Below, piece by piece: positions 45,675 to 58,100 of a DNA stretch of 64,000 nucleotides; position 1 is the stretch's first letter; each line of letters opens with the position of its first letter. The stretch is from a virus, in the IMG/VR virus record IMGVR_UViG_3300037961_005428, positions 32,500 to 96,499 of that record; one strand, 5' to 3'. The notes under the pieces are model-generated. The model worked only from the letters and a program-made list of their open reading frames with translations. It was not told the origin of the DNA and did no database searches. The translations under genes and the position numbers were made by a program.

Positions 45675-46136
45675 ATGGATGAGAACCTTGACCCACGCAC
45701 GGTTGATTCCATGCGCCGCTTTGCCGAATACAGCGACGATTCTACGAAAAACATGACGAGGTTGCGAGACGAACTTAGCGGATTCAACCGCATCATGAAT
45801 GTCTCGCACACCCGTACTCGTGACTTGCGAGAGGCCCTGCGCCAAATGCAAAGCATTGAGCCTATGCGCAATGTGCAGGGTGTGTTAGAAGAAGCGCAGC
45901 AAACAGCGTTCCGGCCGCCTCAGCAAATTGATAGGCCTATGCAAACTCAGCCAGCCGGCTCAGTAGAGCAAAACCAAAATGTCAATATCGGCGCTATCAA
46001 AATTGATGTGTCCGGCATCACCGACCGAAGTGACAAGAAGAAACTTGCAGAAGAACTTGGGGCAATGGTGTCCAAGCAATTACGCTCTAAAATGGGCGGC
46101 TCGTTGCAGAACAGTGGAGTGAGCAGAGGTATTTGA
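45675..46136 (+). CDS. Very short tape-measure-like protein (153 aa)
   Basis: Occupies the TMP slot; NVNIGAIKIDVSG...LAEELG tail resembles TMP C-termini. Confidence 0.45.
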   Translation: MDENLDPRTVDSMRRFAEYSDDSTKNMTRLRDELSGFNRIMNVSHTRTRDLREALRQMQSIEPMRNVQGVLEEAQQTAFRPPQQIDRPMQTQPAGSVEQNQNVNIGAIKIDVSGITDRSDKKKLAEELGAMVSKQLRSKMGGSLQNSGVSRGI

Positions 46137-46137
46137 T

Positions 46138-47820
46138 ATGGTAGAGCAATTGCCTGTCCGACTTGTGCGAGAGGATGGTGACACCATTGAACTCTTGGCC
46201 CACAAGGTAGAGTTTGTCGTGGACCGAACTTCTTCGGCTATCACGACACCTTTCACGGACGGTGCGAAGTTTGGCATTGAACTCAACATGGCAGCCGTTA
46301 TGCTGGAATTGGAGGGGACATTTGTAGATGACAAAGGTCAAGAAAAATCCGAGTTTGCTACGGCCACCATGGACTTTGGCTGCGACACGCCTTTTCCCAG
46401 CCCGGGCGGTAATGGCCAATCTCCCTCTGATGTTGTGGGGGACCTTCTTGCTACCGGTAACTCAAACAGAAACAGCGGTGCCGCATACGCTCAATTTGGT
46501 CACATAGGGCCTACCTTACCTACCATGCCTCCTACTACACAAGACCAAGCGCACACTGTTTATCTCAGTGCTTTGCACGGGAAATACTTTGACCTACCTG
46601 TTGGCTATTGGTACAAAACGGATGAGCCTGTCGGCAGCCGCCATATTCGCTTCGTGTTTGATAGCAGGCGTAGCGGCTCGGTCCAAGAACCGTATGCGTA
46701 TGTCAATCGTTTCCGAACGACAAACCTTCTCGTTGACAGTTACAACAGTTCAACTCGCACCATCACCGTGACAGGAGGCGACCCAAGGGAATGGTTTGAA
46801 GACACCGATGCTCAAAACCGTGCATTCACTATCACTGGTAATGGCTCTTCTGCAAACCTTTTCGGAGCGGTTAAGAGTGTCACTTCTTCTACTATCACGC
46901 TGCACGATGATGCTGCCACCACACCGACAAATGGGCACGCTGTTAAAATCCTCGCTGCCTCTCATTTACCCTATTCATCTATTTTGAACGATACCATGCC
47001 CGTAGTCGCTATACCTGTCAAGCACATGTTTGACCAAACTGCACCTGCTTTCAAAAACGGTGCGGCTCGGGACATTGGTGGGGCTACTTCACCCTCCGAA
47101 ATTTTGACGCATATTGTGAGTAGCGCACTTACCAGCACTTCACCCACCAGTGTCGGAGGGATGTGTAGCCGGGATGTAGATGCATCGGAAGGTAAAGAGG
47201 TAGGAGATGTGTATTCAACGGTGATTTCTACCGGCACAAACCTCTCGCAAACTTTTATCACAATTACGCAGAAGACCGATGTAGAGTTTGGGGCGCTGGA
47301 AGGTACCATTCAAGACAACATTCCATACTCAATTGACTTTGAATCAACTGGCTTCACTGGTGGTCGGGCCGGTAAAAAGGTCAAGTCCGCAGGCGATAAG
47401 GCCCAAGACCTTCTTGGTATCGTGGCCAACAGTCAAAACTTTCAACCCAACTCCGGTACACCAAGTGAGTTATCACAAGCGGCTGTAGAGTTCGTTGAAG
47501 GATTGCGTAGTTATGAGGCCAGTGACAAAGGAGATTACATTTTGGGCATTCAAATCCCCTACGATTCTTCGGCTACCTCAGCCACTGAATTGAAGGAACA
47601 GCGTAACTTCTTTATCACACACGGTAAAAATATGCCAACGAGTGCTAAATTGGCTTCCAGCAATGTGTACCCAACCAGTGACACATTCAGTCCAGTGCAC
47701 AACGGTGCAAGGACCAAGGGTATCAAGGCGATTATTACGGACCTTCAACTTGAGCATCAAGCCCAGTCCAATGTTTACAATTTCCGACTACAAATGATTG
47801 CGTCCGACTTTATTCTGTGA
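46138..47820 (+). CDS. Baseplate/distal-tail-like protein, paralogue A
   Basis: SAGDKAQDLLG...GIQIPY...RNFF shared with next gene. Confidence 0.6.
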   Translation: MVEQLPVRLVREDGDTIELLAHKVEFVVDRTSSAITTPFTDGAKFGIELNMAAVMLELEGTFVDDKGQEKSEFATATMDFGCDTPFPSPGGNGQSPSDVVGDLLATGNSNRNSGAAYAQFGHIGPTLPTMPPTTQDQAHTVYLSALHGKYFDLPVGYWYKTDEPVGSRHIRFVFDSRRSGSVQEPYAYVNRFRTTNLLVDSYNSSTRTITVTGGDPREWFEDTDAQNRAFTITGNGSSANLFGAVKSVTSSTITLHDDAATTPTNGHAVKILAASHLPYSSILNDTMPVVAIPVKHMFDQTAPAFKNGAARDIGGATSPSEILTHIVSSALTSTSPTSVGGMCSRDVDASEGKEVGDVYSTVISTGTNLSQTFITITQKTDVEFGALEGTIQDNIPYSIDFESTGFTGGRAGKKVKSAGDKAQDLLGIVANSQNFQPNSGTPSELSQAAVEFVEGLRSYEASDKGDYILGIQIPYDSSATSATELKEQRNFFITHGKNMPTSAKLASSNVYPTSDTFSPVHNGARTKGIKAIITDLQLEHQAQSNVYNFRLQMIASDFIL

Positions 47821-47829
47821 GGTGATATA

Positions 47830-49125
47830 ATGATTCCACTGCGACTGATTTTTGGCGAAATTGACCGCCATGAAGTCTATGTAGATGCTACTGACATTAA
47901 CATCGTAGCCGAGCGGACAGTGGCAGCGTTCCCTGTACCTATCAGTTCGTACCGGGCAGCGATTGATACCAACATTCCACAAATCATTATCAGCATACAG
48001 GGCATTATCCAAGACGACCCTATAAGTGCTCTTTCTACTTCTGCCCCTTCTTCACTTGCTATAGATTTCTCTTCTCTATTGCCGACAGCAGTGCCTGTTG
48101 TCAACACACAGAACAACGCCTTACAGACCAACCTTCAAACTTCGGTCGTTGGCTTATTACCGGCCTATTGGCGCTACAATTCGCCCAACGGAGGCTACTC
48201 GCTTCTTACGGGGAATTTTCTGCGACTGCAATTCACTGCTTCAATGTCCAACCGAGCAGGCGGCTCGGCAACGCCCTCTGTCAATGCCTCGTACAATTTA
48301 GCAGAAAACACAGGACCAGTGCAAATTGATGTCCCAGTCGGCGGTGTTCTTTATGCCCCAAGTAATGGCAATCCTGCCAGTACACTTGCACTCATCGTAC
48401 AGGATGCTCTTCAATTGACCACTGAAATTACCAAAACAAGTAGTGTGGACGGACTGGGTGGAAAGCGAGTAACGGATGCTTTTAACAGCGCCGTTTCGGA
48501 CGCCACACTGACATTAACGGACGCCTATATCAATGACGGTGTGCGTTATACACCATACTTTTCTATGAGAACGGGGCTTGGGAGAAATGTTTCTATTACC
48601 GTGCAAAAGCGCACTTCGGACGGGTTAACAGACATAACAATGAGTGCTGGCGATAAAGCCCAAAATTTGCTTGGCTTACTGGCAAACAGCACCAAAGACA
48701 AAGACCTCTTGCGAGGTATTCAAATTCCTTACAACTCTCTCATCACCTCCAACGAAATCTCACCTGTGGTTCGGAACTTCTTTTTGACCGCTGGTAAAGT
48801 CTCACCTTTGCAAAAGGGGTCGCTTCGCAACACTCGTCCCAGCACCCAACCAATGGATATTGGTGCTTTTGAGCAAAGTGGGCAAGAAGAATCGCCCGGC
48901 TTTTTCAGCGGTGTTATGGAAACTGCCCTTGGGTTTTCAATAGACGGCGTTGGCGATGTTATTGGAGATGCTTGGACTAAAGTCACTGCGCGAGGTGCGA
49001 CGCTTAACAGTGGCGGTATCTCAGTCATACCCGAATCATTTCACATGACCAAAGAGGGGGCGGAAAACTACTACAGGTTTGATTTACAAGTAGTCAGTGC
49101 GGACCATGTAATAGGGGTGATTTGA
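47830..49125 (+). CDS. Baseplate/distal-tail-like protein, paralogue B
   Basis: SAGDKAQNLLG...GIQIPY...RNFF. Confidence 0.6.
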   Translation: MIPLRLIFGEIDRHEVYVDATDINIVAERTVAAFPVPISSYRAAIDTNIPQIIISIQGIIQDDPISALSTSAPSSLAIDFSSLLPTAVPVVNTQNNALQTNLQTSVVGLLPAYWRYNSPNGGYSLLTGNFLRLQFTASMSNRAGGSATPSVNASYNLAENTGPVQIDVPVGGVLYAPSNGNPASTLALIVQDALQLTTEITKTSSVDGLGGKRVTDAFNSAVSDATLTLTDAYINDGVRYTPYFSMRTGLGRNVSITVQKRTSDGLTDITMSAGDKAQNLLGLLANSTKDKDLLRGIQIPYNSLITSNEISPVVRNFFLTAGKVSPLQKGSLRNTRPSTQPMDIGAFEQSGQEESPGFFSGVMETALGFSIDGVGDVIGDAWTKVTARGATLNSGGISVIPESFHMTKEGAENYYRFDLQVVSADHVIGVI

Positions 49126-52100
49126 TGTCATTGTTGATGAAGCCAAGTCACGCTCTATTCTTTAACGGCATCACTGATGGTGTTACTGTCCCTCGCATGA
49201 ACTTTCGTAGCAACTTTGGTGAATTGCATGAAGGTAGTGATTTGAACAATCAGTCGCCACTCAATTCACTTTCTTCGTTTACACTTGAGGCGTGGGTCAT
49301 CCCCGATTCCGGAGGCATTGTGTGGGAACAAGAAAACATCTGCCGGCTAATTGTAGGTAGCCCGTCCAGCCCCGGTCCAGCGCACTTTCAAGTTCAATTG
49401 CGAAACGCCAACAATGGTGCCGTGAATACTTTTACACTGAGCACTGCGAACAGTATTTCGGGCCCCGATGGACAAATTGCTTATTGGGATGGTATCACTT
49501 TTCCACAAGCAGGCGACGATGTGCACGACGCATTCAATGCACAAGACAAAGGTAAGAATGACCTCACAGCCCTTAACTTGGGGCACCGAGAACTGCTGTT
49601 GGTCACAGCGACTTTTGACCGCCGTGTACTTTCGCTTGCTATCAATGGCACAGTTGTGGCTCAGCGCCAATTGAAAGAAGACCACGAACTCGTGCTTTAC
49701 CCTACGGCTCTCAGTATTGGCGGCACAGGTGGAGAGTATCGTGGCGTCATTGAAGCCGTCCATTGGATGCGCGGAGCCTCCGACGCTGCGTCTCGTTTTG
49801 AAATGCCTATCAAGAGCGACAGTACGATTGGGTTATGGCGATTTGAAGAGCCAGTAGAGCCGTTCACAACAATTCTTGACCTGCCATCTATTTCGGCTCA
49901 AACAGGGGCGTCCTCATCTATCAGTATTGGGACAACACTTGCTCAAACATTGGTTGATGCATTCACTGGGAAAACCGGCGAGACATCAGTCACTTTGACC
50001 ACCTCACCTCAGTCAACAGGGAACTACGCTGTGACTCGCACGACCAGTGCAGGCGTGACTTCTACTGTTTCAATCCCACATGTTCCTTACAATCTCCTCA
50101 TCAATCCCTTGGGCTACAACAACGACACGGGTATTCCAAACCGAGAAGCGCCCGAGCGTATGCGTATTACTGCCGTAGACGCTTCTGCTGGCACCATGAC
50201 TGTAGAAAGTATTCACTTGGACTTTGCTTCAAATGCCAGTACAGGTCGCCGAGGAGCGCTAATGGCCCATAGTGCTGGTATTGGTGTGATTGTCACTGGA
50301 GACTGCTTGGTGGACTCCGGAGCAGATAATCCGAACCAAAAGGTCGGGACAGGTACACAGTTCTCTCACCGGCAGGGGCAGGTGTTGATTGACGAAAGTG
50401 ACCTACAAAATCACGGCATCATGTTCTCAACAACGATGGCCATTACCGATAACGATTACAGCAAGTTTTCAGCAACGACACGGATGGATGACAAGTTCTT
50501 GATTGGCCATACTGGTCGCCACACGCTGAACCATGTTGCTGGCCACCCATTCATGGGTATGCTGCCCAAGGCGAACGCTGCCTTTGTAGAGCAATCCGTA
50601 GATGCTGTAGCACAGGTCATGGAGGCCACCTTTACAGGTCGGTACGGTCAATTGAAGGATGTTGTAGTCGCTGGCTCCGAAGTAGCATTTCATGACGAGG
50701 TTGGTGATTTTTCTGTCGCACAGGCTACCTTTACTTCAACGCCAACGCAAATCGTAGAAAATGGTATGGCTGGCATCGCTGATGCACAGCGTGGACTACT
50801 CGCTATTGGTGGGGCTAACTTTGACGCTGAGCCTTTTGCCCTCAAAGGTTTGCAAGACACTGAGCCCACTGGTGCCGAGCATACCCGACACCTTACGCCT
50901 TCGTCGGAGCCTCGTGTCGCTATCCTCAAACTTCCAACACTGGCTACTCACGATTATGCACCCTTTGTGCAAGTTCACTACGAAGCGATTGACTTCGGTG
51001 GCACAGGCTTGCAGTACGCTGCCACGGGCCGCTTAACAGCAAACTACAGCAGCAGTGTCATCACTCTACAGAGCACGAAGGCCTTTGGCAAGGACACAGG
51101 TACAACGACGGCCGATAAAGTGTTCATTGGCTCCGAGGCCGCAGGGGCATCATCTATTACGGTAACTATCAGCCATTCGCCTGCCACACTTACTTTTTCT
51201 TCGGCACCCACCTCAGCCTTCCAAACAGCCGCAGTGACTGGTGCCATTGTACGGACAACGCTTGATGGCAGCGCATTGATTGTTAACAAGACTGTACCTA
51301 AAGCCAGTGTGGAGGTGACTTCGGGTACACGAGTGCTGGACATCATGCATACTGACATTGCTGCGGGAACCGCTGTGCTTTATGCACCCGGTGGCGTCAT
51401 TGAGTTTGACGCGTCTTCGGATTTTTACTTTGGAGACGGAGACTTGATTGGCGATGATACAGAAGGGACGCTACATGAAGGGTCGCTGGACGAAACCAAG
51501 TCACCTAAGAACTACTTGCCGTCGCACTCTTCGGACAGTCCACAGACTGCTCCGAGCATTATACCCACTGCGTTTTATGACGACAACTCACGCCCATCGT
51601 ATTTCCATAAACTGATTGTAGGTCCGTCCGAAGTAGAAGACCTCGGAGCCGAAGTTGACACTAATGGTAATTTCAAAGCAAAATTCGCACGCAATCGTCG
51701 TACTCGTACGGGTGTCCTCGTCAACAATGCAGGAGGCTACGCTGCATCCACGACCAACTTCACCGTCAGTGGCGTTGACGCTACTACGGTATTTGCTGTC
51801 GGTACCCCACTTTACAGCCTGTATGGTCAAAAGTTGGGAGAAATATCTGCCCTAAGTGCTACGAGTATCAGCATTTCGTCGGGAAGTACGGCAGCAGTTG
51901 TTCACAGAGAAGAACTGTTCTACCAACCTATTCGTCAGTCTCGTAGCAACAGCAATCAAGGCACACCAATCAATGAAGTGTTTGACATTATCAGTCACCG
52001 AGGTGAAGGTAGTAGGGTACGATTGGTTGTTCAGCCAAGTGACCGCTCTCGCTTCAACCAGTTGTCAAAAATGCTTACGCTTGAAGAAGACTCTACCACG

Positions 52101-55100
52101 CCAAATAAGGTCACAGTGGAGTATGTCATGTCCCGTGGCAAGGTGTTGGACTTTCAATCTACAGCAGTGGGGAACGACATTACCTTGCGAGCCCATGGGC
52201 TGGTGGCTGACGCATTGTCCAACTCAGTCAATGTCAAAGGCGACGGTGCACCCGACTCGTTTGTTGTCAAGGAGATTATGCCCGGTGCTCCTGTTGTCAC
52301 CATGACCATGGGCGGCCCCGGTCAAGGTGCAGTCAACACCAAGCCCACATTCAGCCCCAGTGCTGTTTCACGACTTGGCTGGTCACTGCGGCGAGATTGT
52401 GTGACCAAGGTCAGTACCCTTGGTTCAACAACCATCAATGTTGTTCCTCTTAACAACTCTGCTACAGACTTGGCATCATGGGGAACTTATTGCTTCCCAC
52501 AGGCTGGTCGTATCTATTTGAAACAGCCAGCCTCTACTGACACAGGTACGGACAATGTTTTCGCTTCCGCAGAATACGCTTCCAAAACCGGCTCTGTATT
52601 CACCTTTGCTTCGGGTACTGGGCATCGTGGCTCCGGAAAGTTCCTTGACTTTGATGGGCGAGAGTTAGATTCCTTTGCGGCTTGGAAAACTGCTGTAGCC
52701 GTTGTAGTAGGCGATAACTTACATGTAGATGATAAATTTGATGAAGGGGCTGTTGTGCATGACGGCACCACTGTTAACGACCGTATGTTCCAGTCACTAA
52801 ACAGTGTTCAGCATGATTACCAACTTGGCACACAATATGCCAGTACCCGTGCTATGGTTGAGATTCCACTTTTCAAAGACTTCTTCTTTGACAATGAGAG
52901 AGATGGTATTTTCCCCGGCCCCGACAACAGCATGAAGTTGCATTTGGATGCAACTTACACTGCTCCTTCGTGGTCACCCAATCCGGTAGGGCGGCGACCT
53001 GTTAGCGTTTCGCCCGAAGACCCTGCGATTCACAGCGCATATTCTGTTTCAGTTGCGGACAAAAGTCACCGAGAGGGCACAACTGTAAGTGCTGAGTACG
53101 ATGCTGCTAATCGCCGAATTTATGTGACCAATTTTAATGTGTTTGCTTCATTACCGTCAATCCCTGTGTCTGTAGCCAACATCAACGGCGCTTTACGATT
53201 GCGTACGGCTTACATGGCAAACGGTGAGTGGGTCATGTATAGCGGCGTCGCCTCCGGTACGCCGGGCTATTTGGAAGTGGCAGGAAATGCTGCTGCCGAT
53301 GATAACTGGGCATTTTCTTCGGGCTTCAAGCGGGAGTTACAAGTAGGTGTGCAAATCATGCCGCCACTTGACAGTGAAAACTTGAATTACAAAGCAGTGG
53401 CTGACAACCCCTTAGTCTCCAGTGCGGGCTATGAAGGTCGGGATTCATTCTACTTTGACCGAGCAAACGCCATGACGCAGGGTGGGAATATTGATTATGG
53501 CCTCAAACAGTATGTCAGTGCGGTTGAGTTTAGAGCAGGGCCAACTATCAATCCACATTTGGCACGCATCAAAAACAAGCGTGCTAAAGGCATCGTTTCT
53601 TCTTTTAGCAGCCCTACTCTTGTGTTAGAAGACGGGTCGGATTTCCCTCTTGACATAACTGCCAACAGCGATTATGCCTATCGTGTGCGGTATTACGATA
53701 CCACTGCAAGTGCCTTTAAGCATGCTCATTACAACACTCGCACTGACAATTCGTTAGCATTGGTTTCAATTGACTCCGGCTTCAACCCTCCAGCCGGAAC
53801 TGAAATTACACTCATAGATGTACACACTACAACATCCAAATTCCCCGAAGTAAGCACTGAATATTTCCTCAATACTGCTTGGGCCAATCCGTATTGCCCG
53901 GGCGGTCTGCGTGCTGGAGATACAGTGTGGATGAACATGCATTATACCAACCCTCACGCCACGGAAGGTTTGTTCTGCAAAAGCAGGGGTACACTAAATG
54001 AAGCGGAAGTATGGGAAGGCTTCCTTGGCGGCGAAGGTAGTTTGGCAGCAGCGCCTCGTAGCAGTTTGCCCATGGAGAACTTCTTGATTGGGAACTCTTG
54101 TTTGGAGACGGCCCGAAACTTTGTACAGCATGTGAATAAAACAATTGAATTAAATTATGAATCGCTGGGACTGTCCGCCGATATTCCTGTTGTGGCTTAC
54201 CTTGACCCTTATCAGTGCACCGAAGAACATGCGCGAGTGCTACTCTACGATGTAGCGCATGACCGAGAGTTCATTGCGTTCCAAGACTTACACATGCAAG
54301 TCCAATCAAGTCCAGCAGCAGTCAAAATAGGCACGGACACTCAAGGAGCAGGAACTCATGATAATGACCAACGAAACTCGGGAATTGATGTTGCGGCAGG
54401 ATTCCCCTCACAGAACAAACACTTGGCGTCAACCACTCCGTCCGAGTTTGTTGAAGCATCAATGGTTCACAACAGCACATGGAACGCAAATGTAGCAATT
54501 GGAAGCCATGCTACAGGCTATCACGAGCAGACTCCACAAGTAAGTTCACTTATACCACGCACGCAAGAGGCTGTCATCAACACCACCAGTGCCAATAAAC
54601 TGCATCAGCAGATACTCAAAGACTCGCTTGAGCGGGCTACATTCTTTGATACGCCCGACGGTACTCGGGTCATCCCTGCCTTTTTGTCCATGAAGGGCAT
54701 TCGTGCATCAGCACTTGATTTATCTACGCATGAAGAAGACCGCCTCCAGCACCTTCCGCACTGGACAAACATGGACTTTGTCCGTCGCCTTGTGATTGAT
54801 TTGGGCGAAGTAGGTGTCAAAGAAGGGGTGACTGATATTGAGGCGGCTGCAAAGGAGGTTGTACGGCTCATCAATCAAGCGGGTGCAAAGAACGGACGCA
54901 CTCACGCTCGGCGTCCTGCTGACCAGTATTTAGGTGAGGGTGAGCGATTTGATTTGGGCAAAGGCGAAACTTCTGTTAATACAGGTCGCATCAAAGACCC
55001 GACAGCAAGGCACCAGCATGCTGACTTTGCAGCCACAGGGTCTACACATGACCCTGCTCCATTTTGGAATAAAGACACGGCTTTCGGCAGTCATGACCGT

Positions 55101-58100
55101 GGGACTCACATGGGCTATATGCGAGCGCACTTAGGAAGAATTGTCACTGATGAAGACGGAAAAGAGGGCTATTCTGTCGTTATTCACTCAACTGTTCCCG
55201 GTGCCTCCGGTCGCAACTTCTGTGTGTGGTTAGACGCATCACGCGCACAGGCTCCCTACCGACCCGAATTTTTAATCGGACATGGAGGCCGCTTCCGTAA
55301 TTATTGGTGCCAACCAAGCGAGAAGGATGGTGAAAACATGCACCCTGCTCCAATGCCAATTAACCGATTTGGTCGCCCGTTTGCCCCTATTACGACCTTG
55401 CGAGAGTACCTTCCTGTTGAAGAGCCCTCGGATGTGTATCGGAACAACTTGGACTTTGGTCCCGAAATCCATAGCAGTAGCCCACTTAACACTGAGTCAA
55501 GTAGTGAACATACCACTGGTCGTAGTGCAAATACAGTCCTTGATGGTAACTTTGAACCCAAGGCTAACGGACAGGTCATTGTCAATGGCCTACGAGTCGG
55601 CTCACAGGCTGTCGGCCGCATCAATTTTGGTGGTTTGACACAGGCGGGTATACCCGGATGGGCACCGGATTGTAGCCGCTGGGGTTATGGTCCCGACGGG
55701 GAAAATGAACGCTTTGACCATATCTATGGTGACACTAACCATGTCGGGGTGAAGCAGCACGGTTTGGTCAATCAGTCGGCTTCTTCTTATATCCCCGATG
55801 ATGAAATACGGCCCGATAAAATTGGCAATGGGCAAATGTACGGCATCCGACTTGCCGACCACCGAGGTAAATCGCACACCGTCCGATTTGTTTATCGTCA
55901 ATTTGGTGAATCATTCGCAGGTGATTTGACACACCTTCCCGAAACGCTTGACGATGAAGTTGTCATTTATTTTGACGACCGAGATGTTGGACAGGGTGGC
56001 TTTACTGTCGGTAAGCACATGGCCGGAAAAGGTGATGTCAACGGTCGTTATACAGCAGGGACAAAGTCGTCGTTTAAGGGCAACCTTTGGAACAATTACA
56101 ATTCTCCTGCGGTTGGCATTTCCATTTCTGTTGAGAAAGACGGCTCAAATGACAATTTGAAATTTACACTTGCCTCACCTTATGACAACGGCGGCTCGTT
56201 TACACACACGGACATTCTCGGCTACCTTGGCTTACCGGACAGCGGGCTGATTCAGTTGAGTGATGTAGCCGGTACAGGGAACAATGGTGAAGTCTACTAC
56301 TACACCTCTCGTTCACATGAAGGTAAGGCCGGTATTGGCGGGTCCAATGAGCACTTTTTGTACGGTGTGAAAAGCATTCCTTCTGCTTACACCAGTGGTA
56401 AGGTGACTCGCATCATGAGTGCTCGGATGAACTTTACCAGCGTGCTTACTGACGAAGTTATCGCAGCAGCCGTCAACTTTGCCATCAACATGGACGACCC
56501 TAACACCGACGATGTGGGGGCTACAACCTTTGACTGCACTGGCCTTTACGCTCCGGACGGGCGTACTTTGGCAGAATGGGGTGTAAAGTCCAGCGCTGTC
56601 CGAATCAAAGCCTACAGTGCCAAAGACCGTGTTGTACCACTTAAGCACTTTTTTGAGTCGTCGCTTACACCCGATTTGGGTATTCAAGCCTCGGTTGCTG
56701 ATGCCGAATTAGCCAGCGTTACTGACAGTATGCGAATTGATTGTGGTTATTTACCAAAGACGCTGCTGACAATTACCACCAAGTTCCGAGGCCCTAACGC
56801 CAATACAGCCACACCTGTACTTGTAGATAGTCAAAATAACATTGTCAGCACCGGCCTTTGGCGACAGAATTTGCGCGGAGATAATTTCTACAGGTTACCC
56901 GGTGACCGCATCGTTCCAATGGTTAACTCACCAATGATTGAAATTGCGACTATCAACACTGGTACTCCACATATTGAAACAGATAACAGTAACAATGAGT
57001 TGTTGTTCTTAACATTGACACCAGCCTCAAATGACAGCAATTCATGGGGGAACCAAGTTGTACTTTGGCTGGGAGATGAGAATTGGGCCCGTGTACAAAG
57101 CACTGCTGGTGCAACATCGCATTATCATGCTACAATCGTTTCGCACTCTACAAACTTCTTAACGACGGCTGCTGTAGGAGATGTTCTTGTCAAACAGAAT
57201 GACATTGCGAACAGTAGATACCTACAAGGCATTCGTACCAAAGGAAGCAAGCATGGTGAGCCTTTCCTTTACTTCCGTGGAGGTAAGCCCAGTCCCGACC
57301 GATGGGTGCCGCTGTACTTTGGTGGCGGCTTTTCCGGTGTAACCGTTGACATCAATGACGGCACTGAAAACGATTACTCGGAGTTTTACACGCATCCGTA
57401 TGCCGATGGGCCCACTGGTGCAAGTGGTATGCAAAATGTAGGTGAGATTGCAGGCTCGTACGCATTGCTTGACGCTAACGCTATGTTGGCTATGTTCCCC
57501 GGAACACCTTACCTCAACCAACATAACGGCCGCAATCACATGCCGTTCTTTAACCAAGACGCTATGTTGAGCCCGGACTTGGTCGCAGGAAGCAGTGCGA
57601 TGCAGTCTAACACTGGCGTCACTTACACTGGTGGGGGATTCACTGTCAATTGCGCTCGCCCGAGTCCTCTTGTCATTCGCTTTGGGCATCCACACGCTCG
57701 TTATGATTCTCGGCCACAGGCGGCGGACTCTACTACCTACCTTGTCTTTGGACCGGGACAAGCCGTCCCTCACAACTTCGCTTCCTTTGAGCCTCAACTT
57801 TCAAACATCATTGAAACAGGTAATGGCTACAGTGCTGTGCCGACAGACCACCCCGTGTCGGGTGTTTCTCATTTACCAAACACGATTACGCACGGGGATG
57901 CGTCTATCCAAGGCTTTGGAGCAAGGTTACCGCCTACAAAAGAATATCAAAAGACCAATGTCCAAGGGTTCAATTTCATTTTGAATTGGGAACCAACTAA
58001 AGGCTCACCTAACGCCACTTATTACGGTCAAAGTGCAGGAGATGGTCGTTACTATCAAAGTCAATTGGGGGCTTCAAATCCTCCAGCACACGCTCATCCA

